A DNA stretch of 64,000 nt from Podospora anserina (taxonomy: Eukaryota): assembly GCA_017654855.1 (NCBI GenBank), contig CM030337.1, positions 3,472,001-3,536,000 of the forward strand. Reading direction: 5' to 3'. Position 1 is the stretch's first letter. The number at the start of each line of letters is the position of its first letter. Both the position numbers and the translations under genes were made by a program. The notes under the pieces were generated by a model. It saw nothing but the letters and a program-made list of their open reading frames with translations. It was not told the DNA's origin and did no database searches. Shown one piece after another: positions 41,196 through 53,463 of the stretch.

Positions 41196-43154
41196 TCATT
41201 CGGTCACAACTCCCTCCTCTCCCTCCTCTCCCTCCTGCTCCTCCTTCCCATCCCTAACAGTAACCACCAAATCAGTAGCACTAGCATAAGCCTGCTGCAC
41301 ACACCTCAACCCCGCCTCCATCGCCCCCTGAATCCACCCGTGCGTGTAACTAGCCTGCTCACCCGCAAAGAACACCCTCGGCTTCCCCAACCTCGAACTC
41401 TCCGGCCACTTCCAATCACTCTCGCACATCGCCTCCAGATACTGCTTCTTCTGCCCCGGTCCAAAATAGCAAAACGCACTCCCCCCCGCGAGCTCGTCGG
41501 ACGGGAAAACTTGCGACGTCCCCGCCTCGAGCAGCTCGAGCGACTTGGCCTCGGGAAATATGGTATGGAGGTTTTCGGCAGCGATGCGGACTTGTCTCTC
41601 GGGGGACATGGCCCCGAGGATGGTGGCGTCCTGCTCAAAGGTGTAGGCTGCCATGATGGCGCCGCGGCGGGAGTGCTTGAACTGGTCGTTGTCTTTTGAG
41701 ACGGGGAAGACGGTGTACCGGATGGGGAGGTCGGAGACTAGCCCGCCGTCGGTGCCGAGGTTGTGGTCGGTGAAGATTTGTTCCCACCAGCGGGTCTTGT
41801 ACTGAAGTAAGACTTTGGTCACCTCGACGTAGCGGACGTCGCGGATGGCTTGCTCTTGGGCTGTGGCGAAGGGGCGGGATTTGGTGATGGCGCGGAGGGC
41901 GGTGTTGGGGATGGCGAGGATGAGGTAGTCTGACTCCACCGTGAGCTTCTTTGAGCCGGTTGTTTCGTATGTGATTTTGATCTGGGGCGCCGTGGGGATT
42001 TTGGGGTTGGGGGAGGGCTTGAGATCGGTGATGTGAGTGACGCGGGCACCGAAGATGATGTTGTCGATGAGGGAGTTCTCGCCGCGATCAGGGGAGATGA
42101 ACGCCTTGGGGACGAGATCCATCCCGCCTTGGAGCTGCTGCATGCCGACTTGCGCGCCTTGGGAGTTGCTGGACAGGAACGCGTCTTTGAATGATTCGAT
42201 GAAGCCGTTCTCGAAGACTACGTGGGCATTGCCTAGATCGTATAGCTTGATGGCGTCGGGACTCCAGCCGGCCCTTTCCTGCAAGTACGATCGCAGAGTG
42301 TACTTGTCGTAGAGGTTGGTGATGGCCTGGTAAGCCGTCTTGATCTTGAAAGGCTCATCGCCTTCGGCGTTTTTGTAGGCCTTGCGAAAGTCTTCAACAA
42401 CAGGTGCCACCGCCACTTCCCAGAGCTTGTCGATCGTATGGCCTCGCTCGCACTTCTTCAGCGATGGAAAGAGCTTGAGCAGCTCAGGCTCTTGACTCTT
42501 TAGTTTGGCGTTGAAGTCGTCGTAGGTCAACGTGGTCCCACCCCTGTACTCAGACAAGTAGATGAACTTGTTCTGCATTTCGAAGTTGAACAGCTCACCA
42601 ATCTTGAAGTTGTCAATGTAGGTTCGCAGGAGGAAGTGATTGCCAGGGATGCGCATAGCACCTCCCTCCGCGTGCAGTCCAGGGGCAAAAATTGGGTCGC
42701 GGAACGTGACAACGCGTCCTCCCACACGAGAGGATGCCTCAAGGATCGTGACATCAAAGCCAGCCTTCTTCAGCTCATAGCCAGCACAGAGACCGGACAC
42801 ACCAGCACCGACGATCGTAACCTTGATTCAGAGTTAGCATGTGGTGTCCATATCAATGAGAAACAAGCTTACAGATGTGCCTTTGGGAACCTTTTCCTTC
42901 CCCGGACCGTCGCGAATAAGCTGCAGAAGGGACTGCCGAAGTTCCTCGCTCTCGTCAGGCAAGGGATCCTCTTCCGTGTACCCCTTGTTGAGCACATCGA
43001 TGGCCTTGAGCCCGCTGATGCGATCAGAATAACGGCCCTTCTCTTCTGTCTCGCGGGTGTAGTGCAGCAAGAAGTTCAGCAGGGGAGCCGTGGACCAGGA
43101 GGCGGCATCTTTGCTGATGTGTTCGCTGATGTCATGGGGAGGTTGATCAGACAT
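41196..43154 (-). CDS. Flavin amine oxidase / L-amino-acid oxidase, 2 exons (intron 42872-42822)
   Basis: VTIVGAGVSGL..., RVGGRV (GG motif), AEGGAMRIP, FAGEQASYTHGWIQGAMEAG. Confidence 0.9.
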
Positions 43155-43835
43155 TTTCGTGAGAGTCAAAGACTGAGTACCTGTAGAAGATAGAGTTTCG
43201 TGTAGAAGAAGCTTTCAAAGGTTTTTAGAAAGATGGATAATAGGGAAGTAAATCCTGGCCATCACGGTCTTCAAATACCTGTTCTTCGCATGGTGCACCA
43301 TGCTCAAAACTCTGAGTACCTATGTGAAGGCATGAACACCAGCTTCAACCTGTCAAGCCACAGTCGAAATGGGGTTATTAACGAAGTCAACATCTGCGAG
43401 ACGAACTGCAGGTGACTTGATGGTTCTGGTCTGTCGACGAACCAAGACGTTTGGATGTTGTGGCTGCGTTGTATCGGGGTTTCAGCTTGACATTTGAGTC
43501 TCAAAGTAGCTGGTGGTGGTAATACTGTCCTGCACATCGAGAGCTGAATGGCTGCAGCAAAAGCGTCTAGACCGTCTGACTATGCAGCCCCCCTGCAACG
43601 TCACCGGGAACAGCCGTGATTCCTCAAGCTAAGTGGCCCAGTGGTAGTCAATCCAGGATCTAGACCACATGCATGGCAGGAAAAAAAGGATGAATTGAGG
43701 AAGACATAACTGCCGCTAGCACCTAGCTAGGTAGGAGACATAAAAGAACAAGCCATCGCAATTGAACGACATTATTAGGTACGCTAAGACTAACGCGTAT
43801 GGCTGTTAGTGCGGAGGAAAAGGTCTCCCATGCTC

Positions 43836-45750
43836 TTATCTTGCCGACTGTTCACGCGGTTGCTGGCTCTCGCATTGCGTGTCACCATAAGGCAACTCAG
43901 TATGCCCATGAGCTGCACCCAACTCGCAATGATTGTGGTCGGTTGGAAGCTCAGCGGCGCTTGAGCAAGATGGCAGCTCTTGAGCGGGGCTTTCGACCAT
44001 CTGTTTGTGTAAAGCTTTGTCCGAGTTGTCTCTGTTGGTGAGCTCAAGCGCGGTTGTTTTGGCTTTCTCTTCCGGTGATGGCGATAAAAGAGAAAGGCGG
44101 CCGCAGCAAGTAATGTGCCACCACCTACACCACCCAAAACAGCGCCTACCACAATTTCAAGTGATGGTGAAGGCGACGTGCCGGTACTAGGATCGGAGGG
44201 AGTTGAGCTTTCTTGATCTGGCGGTATGGTAGTACTTTGGGGTTCCAAGAACATCCGCTTTAATGTGTTGTCTGACCAGGCCACCGATTCCAGGCCACCT
44301 TCTGAATACCACGTTTTAACTACCGCCGGTGACTTGTACCCTTCAGCAGCTGCGTTATACTCATTGCTCCATCTCATTTCTGTCAAGTCGAACACACCAA
44401 GGCCGTTGGACCAGGGGTCTGGATCGCGCCAATACCTGTCCGGGCTACGCAATGATTCGTCATAACCCCCTATTGTGATCATTTGTCGTTTCCCAGCCAC
44501 CACACAGGTGTGATCGTCCCGCTTTTTTCCCAGCGTTTGTTCGACAGGTGCTTTGAAGAAAACAAATCCGGGAAGAGAAAGAACATACACTTCACCCACA
44601 GTCTTGGGCGTCTTGGCGGATGACCAGGAAATGCCTCCATATATGAAGCTTTAAGATCAGACCCTGTCAGCAATTGCAGAATTCCCAGCCATATCGAGAA
44701 AAAGCCAACTCACATCTCGTACGTCCCATTGTCCCCCTTCACACCAACCACGCAAATTTGGTACCTCGGCGTAGGTATTGCCCCCGTTGTCTGTTGAGAA
44801 TACCATTTCTTATAAAGCGGATCGTAGACGGTGATATTGGTAAATTCGACAGGCCTGTGGTCTGGGGACTCCAAATACGACAGCACCGGCGCTGTTACAC
44901 CTCCCAGGAAAACCAACAAGCCGTCCGATTGTTCACCCCCACCCCCTAACGGTACGTGGTGAGCACTGCCGCCCCAGAGTGTCCCAAAAGGCCCCATGCC
45001 AACCGACGAGGAGTTTGTAAGCTCTCCACTGGCCATCTTGAGCAAAGTAATTCCCAGAACAGCGAGAAATATGTTCTTATCACCATCTGAACTTTGCGGT
45101 GGGAGGATGCTCGTGTCGGTATTAGCTGTGCCATATCCTCCAAGCCAGTATCCCACATCTTTGCTTTGGGTCCATGCTCCACGTGATGTACGAACATGTT
45201 TGCCCAGAGAAACAGAAGAGATCTTTTCGTGTTTATTCCAAGAGCCACCGCCGTAACCATCCGCTGTGAATTTCCACAGCTCAGAGGGTGGTGGCTGAGT
45301 GCGGTACGATGTTATACCACCCCAGATGTAGAACGCCGTCCCGGAAGGATCACGCCAGGCTGCTTGACAGTTGAGGGAAGGTACCGATGGAGGTTTGGGG
45401 ATCTTATTGAAGGCCACTGTTTGGTTGTTCCAGGATATATTCAGGGGAAGTGAGAGGGTATGGTTGAGGGCGTGGGATGCGCGCTTGTCGGTGGAGTTCT
45501 TCCCGTTGTCGAGATGAGACACCTCTCCCCCGTCGATATAAAGATAGTCGCCCAGGACGATGGCTTCAAAGATAACATGTGCGTTAGTAGCCCCATCTCC
45601 TGGTTCTTTCGGTAGGTAGGTTTGCCTTACCCGCTGCATGATTACGTCTTAGGAAGTCACTGGTCGGCGGGATATCTTCTGCAAAAGTAAGATAGAAGAG
45701 GCGAACCAAGCAGAGGCTAGAAGTAGTTTTCTCAGCGTCGTTCTTCCCAT
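43836..45750 (-). pseudogene. Kelch-repeat single-pass membrane protein with apparent frameshifts
   Basis: LGDYLYIDGGE, FYIWGG, GYWLGG, LLVFLGG, WYSQQTTG, YE|IFIYGG, TM IVVGAVLGGVGG; signal-peptide and xELP tail frames differ from main frame. Confidence 0.65.
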
Positions 45751-46045
45751 TCTTGGAAGATGAGATGATGTGTCATCAGGGAGGGTCTACCAGGGCTTTG
45801 TAGTGAGGAAGAGAGGGGAAAGAGCCGAGATTTGAAAGAGAAGACGAGCTCGGGATATAAGCAGGATCCGTGCATTGTGCGGCGGGAACACAAATCTTCA
45901 ATTTTCGGGAAAGTTATTTCGGGGCGCATGGCCAAGCGTAGTACATCAAGTCCTTCCCGAGGCTGGTGCGTGCCGTCGGTATGTGACTGCAAAAGAAGGC
46001 ACGTACCGTAAGTACAACATGCATGAAACTGTAAAGTCGATTGTT

Positions 46046-48535
46046 TCACCCCGACCTCGCCAAGCTTCTCGAACTCGCCCCCAACATCGTCAACCTCTTC
46101 ACCGCAGTCCCGCCCCCGTTCCTCTCCAAGCTCGTAACATCCTCTTCAAACCCAAACCCAAACTTCAACTCCTTCCCGCCTTGCCCCTCAACCTCAACCA
46201 TCCCATACCTCATTCTCATCCCCTTCACCCCCTCACTCACCCGTCCCCCATCGGCCCCACCCCACTCAACCCTCCTCAACCCCTCCCCCCTAGTCGCAGC
46301 AACAAAGCTACTAAACTTCACATTCCTCATCAACCCCCCATTCTCCCTCACAGACAGCACCCCAATAACAACCCCCATCACCGCCAGCCCAATAGAAATA
46401 CTATACACAATCCACAAATCCCTCACATGGTACGTGTACACATTCCCAGCCCTCGACCTCTGACAAGGATACTTCAAGCCCTCCACATCCTCCCTCTGCA
46501 CATCAGGGTCAATCCCGCTTTGCTCATCTGGCTTGGCAGCCCAAACCACACTGGTAAACTGCGGGTTGGAGAGCATGCTAAGGATGATGTTCTCAGAGTA
46601 GAACCTCTGCACTGTCTTCATTAGGTCCCCCACAGGGAAGTAATTATTCGCAATGTCCAATACTTTCGTCTGAATAACATTCGTGTTGGCCATGGGGACT
46701 CCGTTGGCGTTTTTCTGGTTGGCTGCTACTGTCCCGTTGAGGAAGGAGCGGGCGATGAGGGAGAGGGAGTAGTACGCTGCGGTGCGGCGGTACAAACTCT
46801 TGTTCTGGGGGAATACGTAGTTTGACTGCGGTGTGGCGGCGACCTTGTCTGCCGTGCCATCTTCTAACTCGAGGTCAGGGAGGTAGGTCGTGTTGATGAC
46901 GGGACGGAGGTACTCCACGTCGAGGACGTTGGTGGAGTGGAGGTTTTCGGTGTAGTTGAACTGGACGATGTAGGATGATTCGTAGTTCTCGCAGGCGAAG
47001 AGTTTGGGGGTGAAGGCTTGCTCCCAACCAGGAGAGGAGGACTTTTCAGGGAGAGGTTCCCCCGGGTTTGTGCGGGTAGAATATCCTATCCACACGATGG
47101 GATCGGTGCGAAAGGCCCCGAGGTTCTTGGGATAGGGGCGGTCGGTCTTGGGAATTCCGCCTGGTTCGACGTCTTCCATTTGCATGTTGAAGTAATCGCC
47201 GCCTGTGGTGAAGGCGTAGTAGCTATAGATGCCTTTGGGGAGGAGCAGATCGGTGCTGAACGGTGGAGCGATGCTGCCGGATTGTTGCGTCAGATTCGAT
47301 GCCTTGGAGCCGACACCACTTGCGAGCTCGGTACACTTGTAGGCAGGGGCGGTGAACTTGATCTCAAAAGTGCAGTTCCAGCCGCTGCCACAAGTCTCCG
47401 CCTGTGCGTTCTTCCGCATCACTGTCTCTCCCATAAAGGCACCAATGGTAAGTGTCTGAGCCAACGCCAGGCCTGGTGCGGTGTAATAGTCGAACCACTC
47501 ATCGCTGTCGTCGTCATCGGTGGCCTTTTTTGTTGTGTTCCAAATGGAGGCCGGAACCTCGAAATATTTGCCTATCTTGGTTGGATCTCTCCATTCGTCT
47601 ATTTCTTCAAAGCTGAAGTTAAGCGTCCTGACCCCGGCGCACCTATCCTCAGTAACAATCCGGCTGAGCTCAACCTGAAGAGTGTTGGCAGTCAGAATGA
47701 CGACGATCGGTGCAATCCTACATCTATTAGTCTCCAGTACTGCATGTAAGTTCGAAAGAAGAGCCACGCACCAAACAAAAAGAGCCAACAGAGCCGCTAT
47801 CTTAGCCCCTTTGAGCACCTCCCAAGCCCCAAAAGAAGCCAAGCTCTCAGTCATGGAAAACAACGAATCCAACGCCCCAACAGTCATCACCCTCTTCCGC
47901 GCCGTTACCCACACCCGCTGATGAGAAGCCTCAATAACCGCAGCACCAAGCCCCGCCTTTGCCCCAAACGCCAACAACGTTCCATACCGCTGCATCACAA
48001 GCTGATCCGTTGCGGGCTTGCCATTGAGCGTGCTGTAAAACACATGATGTCCAGCTGCACAAGCAACACCAAAGAGGAGGCAGATGTACATCGCCCACTT
48101 GGACCGTCTTATCCGACCGAAGAATGACGGCCCGAAAGACCCGGGATGACCACGATCAGGCGGAGAAGACCCGGCATGATGTTGAGTTGCTGGTGTTGGA
48201 CTGATGACTGACTTGAGGAAACCCTGCTTGGCTGGTTCTTGTACTTCGTCGAGCATATGGTACCCTCCGCTGCGATACGGCCTGGATAAAGGGTTGTGGT
48301 CGCTGAATGGATCTTCTCTGGCGGGCCGCTGGGTGCCCAAATCCCCCATTTCTACCCCATCCCCCCCATGTCCCCAAGGGGCGGTTTGTGAATGCTGTGG
48401 AACATTTCGTTGATGTTGTGAGAGGGACTCCCACTCAAGTGGGGTAGCAGCTGGGAGGTTGGAGATCGATCCGGACTCGTTTGAATGATCCCAGCTCAGC
48501 CCTCGATAGTCATATTCAGGTCGCTGAGCGGCCAT
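46046..48535 (-). CDS. Fungal multi-pass membrane glycoprotein of unknown function (one in-frame intron ~47769-47722)
   Basis: Long ORF; AAGHHVFYSTLNG, TM segments, many NxS/T sequons, C-terminal TM followed by FS.FVAATR. Confidence 0.8.
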   Translation of the reverse strand: MAAQRPEYDYRGLSWDHSNESGSISNLPAATPLEWESLSQHQRNVPQHSQTAPWGHGGDGVEMGDLGTQRPAREDPFSDHNPLSRPYRSGGYHMLDEVQEPAKQGFLKSVISPTPATQHHAGSSPPDRGHPGSFGPSFFGRIRRSKWAMYICLLFGVACAAGHHVFYSTLNGKPATDQLVMQRYGTLLAFGAKAGLGAAVIEASHQRVWVTARKRVMTVGALDSLFSMTESLASFGAWEVLKGAKIAALLALFVWCVALLSNLHAVLETNRCRIAPIVVILTANTLQVELSRIVTEDRCAGVRTLNFSFEEIDEWRDPTKIGKYFEVPASIWNTTKKATDDDDSDEWFDYYTAPGLALAQTLTIGAFMGETVMRKNAQAETCGSGWNCTFEIKFTAPAYKCTELASGVGSKASNLTQQSGSIAPPFSTDLLLPKGIYSYYAFTTGGDYFNMQMEDVEPGGIPKTDRPYPKNLGAFRTDPIVWIGYSTRTNPGEPLPEKSSSPGWEQAFTPKLFACENYESSYIVQFNYTENLHSTNVLDVEYLRPVINTTYLPDLELEDGTADKVAATPQSNYVFPQNKSLYRRTAAYYSLSLIARSFLNGTVAANQKNANGVPMANTNVIQTKVLDIANNYFPVGDLMKTVQRFYSENIILSMLSNPQFTSVVWAAKPDEQSGIDPDVQREDVEGLKYPCQRSRAGNVYTYHVRDLWIVYSISIGLAVMGVVIGVLSVRENGGLMRNVKFSSFVAATRGEGLRRVEWGGADGGRVSEGVKGMRMRYGMVEVEGQGGKELKFGFGFEEDVTSLERNGGGTAVKRLTMLGASSRSLARSG

Positions 48536-49114
48536 TCAAAAGTCAAAAAATTATGCGATGCGGGCCGGGTTGCTCAATACAGATTAGAAATGTCCGAGTG
48601 CTGGCGTGGATAGATTGGCGAAAGGGGGATGATATTGGGAATGTGAGGTACGGTAGGTGAACGAAGGGCTGCCTTGATTCGGGGATCTGAGCTAGGAGGA
48701 TCGGTGTAACGTCAGCCACTCCAATGCTGGTGCTGTCATTGGCCAGACCCAGGTTGACAAACACCAACAACTTGACCCAACTGATCATGAAGGGGCGTGT
48801 GGACTTACAGTTGGGAACAAGTTCAATGCATCGGTCAGCTTCTTTGGGTTGCTTGGGAATATAGAAACTCAGTGATATGGTACCTACCTAGCTGACAAGC
48901 CGAACTTCAGATTCCTTACTCTCAATGGGTGTGACCTTTGTTTGTAACATGCCACGTTTTGTTGCTGGCTTGTTGAAGACCTTGAAGGAGATGGGAGTCG
49001 GAATGCTTCTCAACGATGAACTCACAGCTGCTATGTGGTTTCTGGAGATGTGGCAAAGAGCTTTTGCCCAATCCATGGACCATGGGAGCTAATTGGTGGA
49101 ATTGTCGAACGCGC

Positions 49115-49302
49115 TCCTTTGCTAGCTGACATGTGCGAATTTTAGCAAAGCGCGTTGTCTGGCGGAGGTTGGCTGGGTCGGTAATCCCTCGGAACTTTGC
49201 TTCCTCGCTATCTGTCCAACAGTGTGAAAGAATGGTATATCGAATTGATTGGGGTCCTTGGATATCCGTGGGTTGCAACGTTTTGGTGTTAATGAGCCGC
49301 AT
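49115..49302 (-). pseudogene. Truncated HET-domain gene relic
   Basis: MRLINTKTL...YTILSHCW..EE..F....FAKI..C..A is the HET N-terminus; downstream W.DTCCIDK core is missing. Confidence 0.7.
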
Positions 49303-49686
49303 GTAGTCGTATGGTTGACTACAATCAAGATCGAAATTTGGATTTGAGATGACGAAATCAAACGAAGACTGAACAATAAAAGGAAAGAGCGAACACAACA
49401 TAAATGAATTTCTGCCTCACGCGCTTCCTTCCTCGCTCCAGCCGATGTGGCTTGCTTGGGAAGGACCCTGGCCAATGATTGCCCGCATAAGCCGCACAAC
49501 TCTGGCAGCGCCTCGTTTGCATTATGGTCAAGATATGCTCTTTTCAAAACGCCTAGACATTTCTGCATTGGTAGATAAGTTTAAGCGTTTCATCCGTCGA
49601 CTTTCCAATCGTAACTATCAGACACGACCTCCTCCACAGACTTCGCGAGCTGTGCTTGATCGTGCGTTTACCGCTGTGCCCAAGTC

Positions 49687-51308
49687 TCACAACTCCCTCC
49701 TGGTGACTACAACATTCATGTCACTCTGGATGAACACGGCCGCATTGAAGGAGGTCCAAGGATTTGTAGGATCAACCAGAGTAACATCGAACCGGCGAAG
49801 AAGCTGCGTAGTTGGGTGTTAGTAACAGCATATGGATTTTGCAGGGTCAGCTGCTCACCTCAACATAAGCTTTATTGAGCTCAATCTGTGCCACTGTCTT
49901 CCCTAAACACTCCCATCGACTGCCTGATGCAAACTCCATCATGACAGTCTGGTCCATGGTCCGATACTTTTCTGGCTCAATATCCAGCCATCGCTCAGGC
50001 CTAAAGACATCCGCATCCTCCCCAAAGATCTTTTTACTTCTCAAGAAGCTGAAAGGGGCCCACGCAATGATGGTTCCGGCGGGGATGTGAACTCCACAGA
50101 CAACCTGGTCCCTATCAGAGACCTTGGGGAGGGCAGCGGTCGCTGGCGGCCACATTCGGAGGCCCTCCCGAATGACGGCCTGAAGGTATGGCAGATTCCT
50201 GGCCTCGGCGTCTGTAATGGGTGAGGAGATGCGACCTTCGCGGATGCCAGTGTCAATTTCGGCCTGTAGACGGCGGTAGACGAGCGGGTTGGTGATGATG
50301 AAGAGCAACGTGGAGCGAATGGCTGTAGCTGACGTGTCGGAGCCGGCAATGATCTGTACCACGGTCTCGCCTTCCGCTTCTTCCCTGGTGAGGCCATTGG
50401 CGACGAAGGAGCCGAGCATATCGCGCTTGATCAAGGGTTTGTCCCCGTAGCGTTCGGCAACCGCTTGCTGGGCCGTCTTGACAACAGTTCCGATGCCAAC
50501 TACCCTGTCGATGTCGGGCATCAGAAACTGGAGGCGAGGTGACTGAATCAGCTTCAGGAGCCAGGGCATAAACCCTATCGTGAGCATGATGGGAAGCGTG
50601 CTCTCAGTGGTCTGAATGTAGCTGAACAGATCCTGATCGGCGGCGAGATAGCCCAGTTCCTTGCCAAACGCCAATGCAGAGATGACGTCCAAGGTGAAAT
50701 ACTGTACTTTGCGCGCCAGGTCGACGGGCTTGAATTCGGTCTTGGTTGACAGATACTTGGTCTCTAGTAGTGACACAAGACCAGCGACTTGTCTGTCGAT
50801 GAGCTCATGGAGGTTGTCGACATCTTTGCCGCCGTAGCCTGGCATGAGCTTTGCCCTCAGCTTTTCGTGAACCTGGTCATCCGTGGTTGAGAAAGCATTG
50901 TCCTTGTAGGGATCAAAACGAAAAGCGCGGTACCAAAATGGTCGCTTCCACGCTGAACGGACTCCCCAAATACGTCTCAGCTCTTCAGCGTCGCCGCAGA
51001 CGACCCAATTGGGTGCGATCTTTGCGATTGGACCTGTGAAATTAATGTCAGTCAGTGGATGGATATGCAGCAAGGACAGGTAGGTCAGCACGGGGTGGAA
51101 TACCATATCTTGTGTTTGCATCCTGAAGGAGGAAGCAAAATCGACCGCTGAGCTGGGCGCGTATCATCCACAGGTCGGTCCATCCAGCCCAGAATGGCCC
51201 AGGAATATGCCGTGTTCTAACAAAGGACTGGACCCGAGTGGCGATGACAAAGCAAAGTAAGAGGGCCGTCCCGATGAGGGCCACGGTCGAGGAAGGTAGC
51301 CATGACAT
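49687..51308 (-). CDS. Cytochrome P450 (pisatin-demethylase-like), 3 exons
   Basis: N-terminal TM + HIPGP, AGSDTSA, EGLR, FRPERW, FASGSRWECLG heme motif; last exon LLRRFD..RREL*. Confidence 0.93.
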
Positions 51309-51791
51309 GGCAGAATCTCGCATTTCTGTACCGTGTGGAAAACAGCAGTTTGGGAAACACAAGCTGGGTTCCGTCGTGTCACATGGTGGGCATTTCATTT
51401 CCACGATAACCACGGCCTGTTTTTGAGGTGTGCTGTGGTCCACGGCTTGGGGATGCTTGTTGGCTTTGCAGCAGCTAGGGTGTATGTGCACTACTGCAAC
51501 ATCAGAAGTGTGCTGGACCGCCTGGGACCAATTATCGATGGTCCTTGTTGGTTTGTTGGCGTTCCGAGCGTGTGATTTGGAAGCGGGGGACCCGCATGTG
51601 TCAAGCCACACCGGCAACCGGGGGCATGTTCCGTTCATTGTCTGGGATGTGGCTACCTCAGCTCAGCATCCCCTATCTGGCCGCTCGCCGTTTTCCTTGT
51701 TCTGGCCGACCGACCACCACGACTCCGCTCTTTCGAACTCTTACGGACCATCAAACCCAAGTCGAGGCCGGATCACAAACACAACAAGATC

Positions 51792-53365
51792 ATGCCTCAA
51801 ACACCGCCAGAGGATGTCCGTCATCAGCACGAAGTCGAGCTTGTATGCCCAATTCACCTTTCCCCCGCAGTCCGGGGGATTTGCCACCTAATCTTTGACA
51901 TTAGGGACCGTCAGATGCTCATGATGAAGAGGGTTACGACTCAGGTGTAGACGATGTATGTTTCACTTCTTCGTGTCTCAAGACTCGCCGATCCTGACCG
52001 ACTGTAGGCGTCAAGACGTAGTAGTCTCACCTCTCTACGATCTAGCATTTTTGAGTTCTACGAAGAGAACGGACGGACCTACCATTCTATGAGCGCTGGG
52101 AAATATTTCATGCCGAATGATGCAGTAAGCCATGTGCGCGCCGTCCCGCCATTACATCGTGCTAAATCATATGTTCACTTATAGTCCGAAGTTGAACGGC
52201 TGGGTAGGTCCACATGCAGCTGGGGGCAAATGCCCGTCGGCTACGTTAGCTGACTTGGCAACTTCTAAACAGACTTGCAACACCACCTTTTCAGATTGAC
52301 CTTTGACGACCAGATATGCCTTTGCCCAAAGAAAGACGGCGCCAAACGAGTACTTGATCTCGGCACCGGAAGTGGCATCTGGTGTATCGATTACGGTAAA
52401 GCTTCTGGTGCTTCGTTTCCACGCAGAAAGCTAACTGATTGGGATGGAATAGCGGATCAGCATCCCGAGGCAGAAGTGCGTTAGCCTCGTTTGTTTTTTA
52501 TTCCTTTCAACTCGATTGCTGACCATCCTAAAGGTCATCGGTGTAGACCTAAGCCCAGTTCAACCGGACTTGTGCGTATACATCTGCCAAGACCTTTGAC
52601 AGCATCGCTTACCCTAGATCTAGCATACCGCCGAATTGTTCCTTTGAGGTACATCTCATAAGACGACCATGCAATAGCATGTATGTAATGAAGCTGACAT
52701 TTCCAGATTGACGATCTCGAAAAGGAATGGACATGGTCCAAGAAGTTCGACTTCATTATCAGCCGCTTCATGACAGGCAGCTTCGCCGACAATGCCTCCA
52801 TAGTCAAAAAGGTCTACGACCAGCTGGAACCCGGCGGTTACTTTGAAGCACAGGACATGGCTCTGCCAATTGGCTGTGATGACGGCACCTTCACCGAGGA
52901 CTCTGGCCTATGGGTCTGGATGTCATGGCTCATGAAGGCCATGGAAGCTATGCATCGACCTTTCTCAGCTGCACAAAACTGGAAGTCTATGATGGAGGAA
53001 GCCGGGTTTGAAGACGTTGTCGAGTACATCTACAAGTGGCCAATCAATGGCTGGCCCCGTGACCCCAAGTACAAGAGGCTGGGCCAGTGGGCACTTTATG
53101 ACATGGACCAGGTCATGGAGGCGGCCATCTTGGCGCCTCTTACGAGGGCAATGGGCTGGAGTCAAGAAGAGGTGCTGTTGCTAGCTGCTGACGCGAGGAA
53201 GGTGTTGAGAGATCCGAGGGTGCATGCTTACTGGCCCATGTGAGTGATCTTTGGATGGTACAATACGGCGGGCGATGCTGACCCCAATCCTGCAGATATG
53301 TTGTTTATGGCCGCAAACCGTTCTCTTCGAAACAGAAGTCGAGTGTCGACAAGACTGCCGCTTAG
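51792..53365 (+). CDS. SAM-dependent methyltransferase, LaeA-like family, 10 exons
   Basis: SSIFEFYEENGRTYH, PND..E..RLDLQH, VLDLGTGSGIW, GVDLSPVQP, FEIDDLEKEW, LEPGGYFE, P.NGWPRDP, VVYGRKP; all junctions splice in frame. Confidence 0.92.
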
Positions 53366-53463
53366 GGTCCGCAGGTTGATCGAGGGAAGTACAAAGGATA
53401 GCTGCGGGAGATGAAAATAAGAATGTGTTGTTACCATTTGCAGACCACGCACTCCCTCTTACA

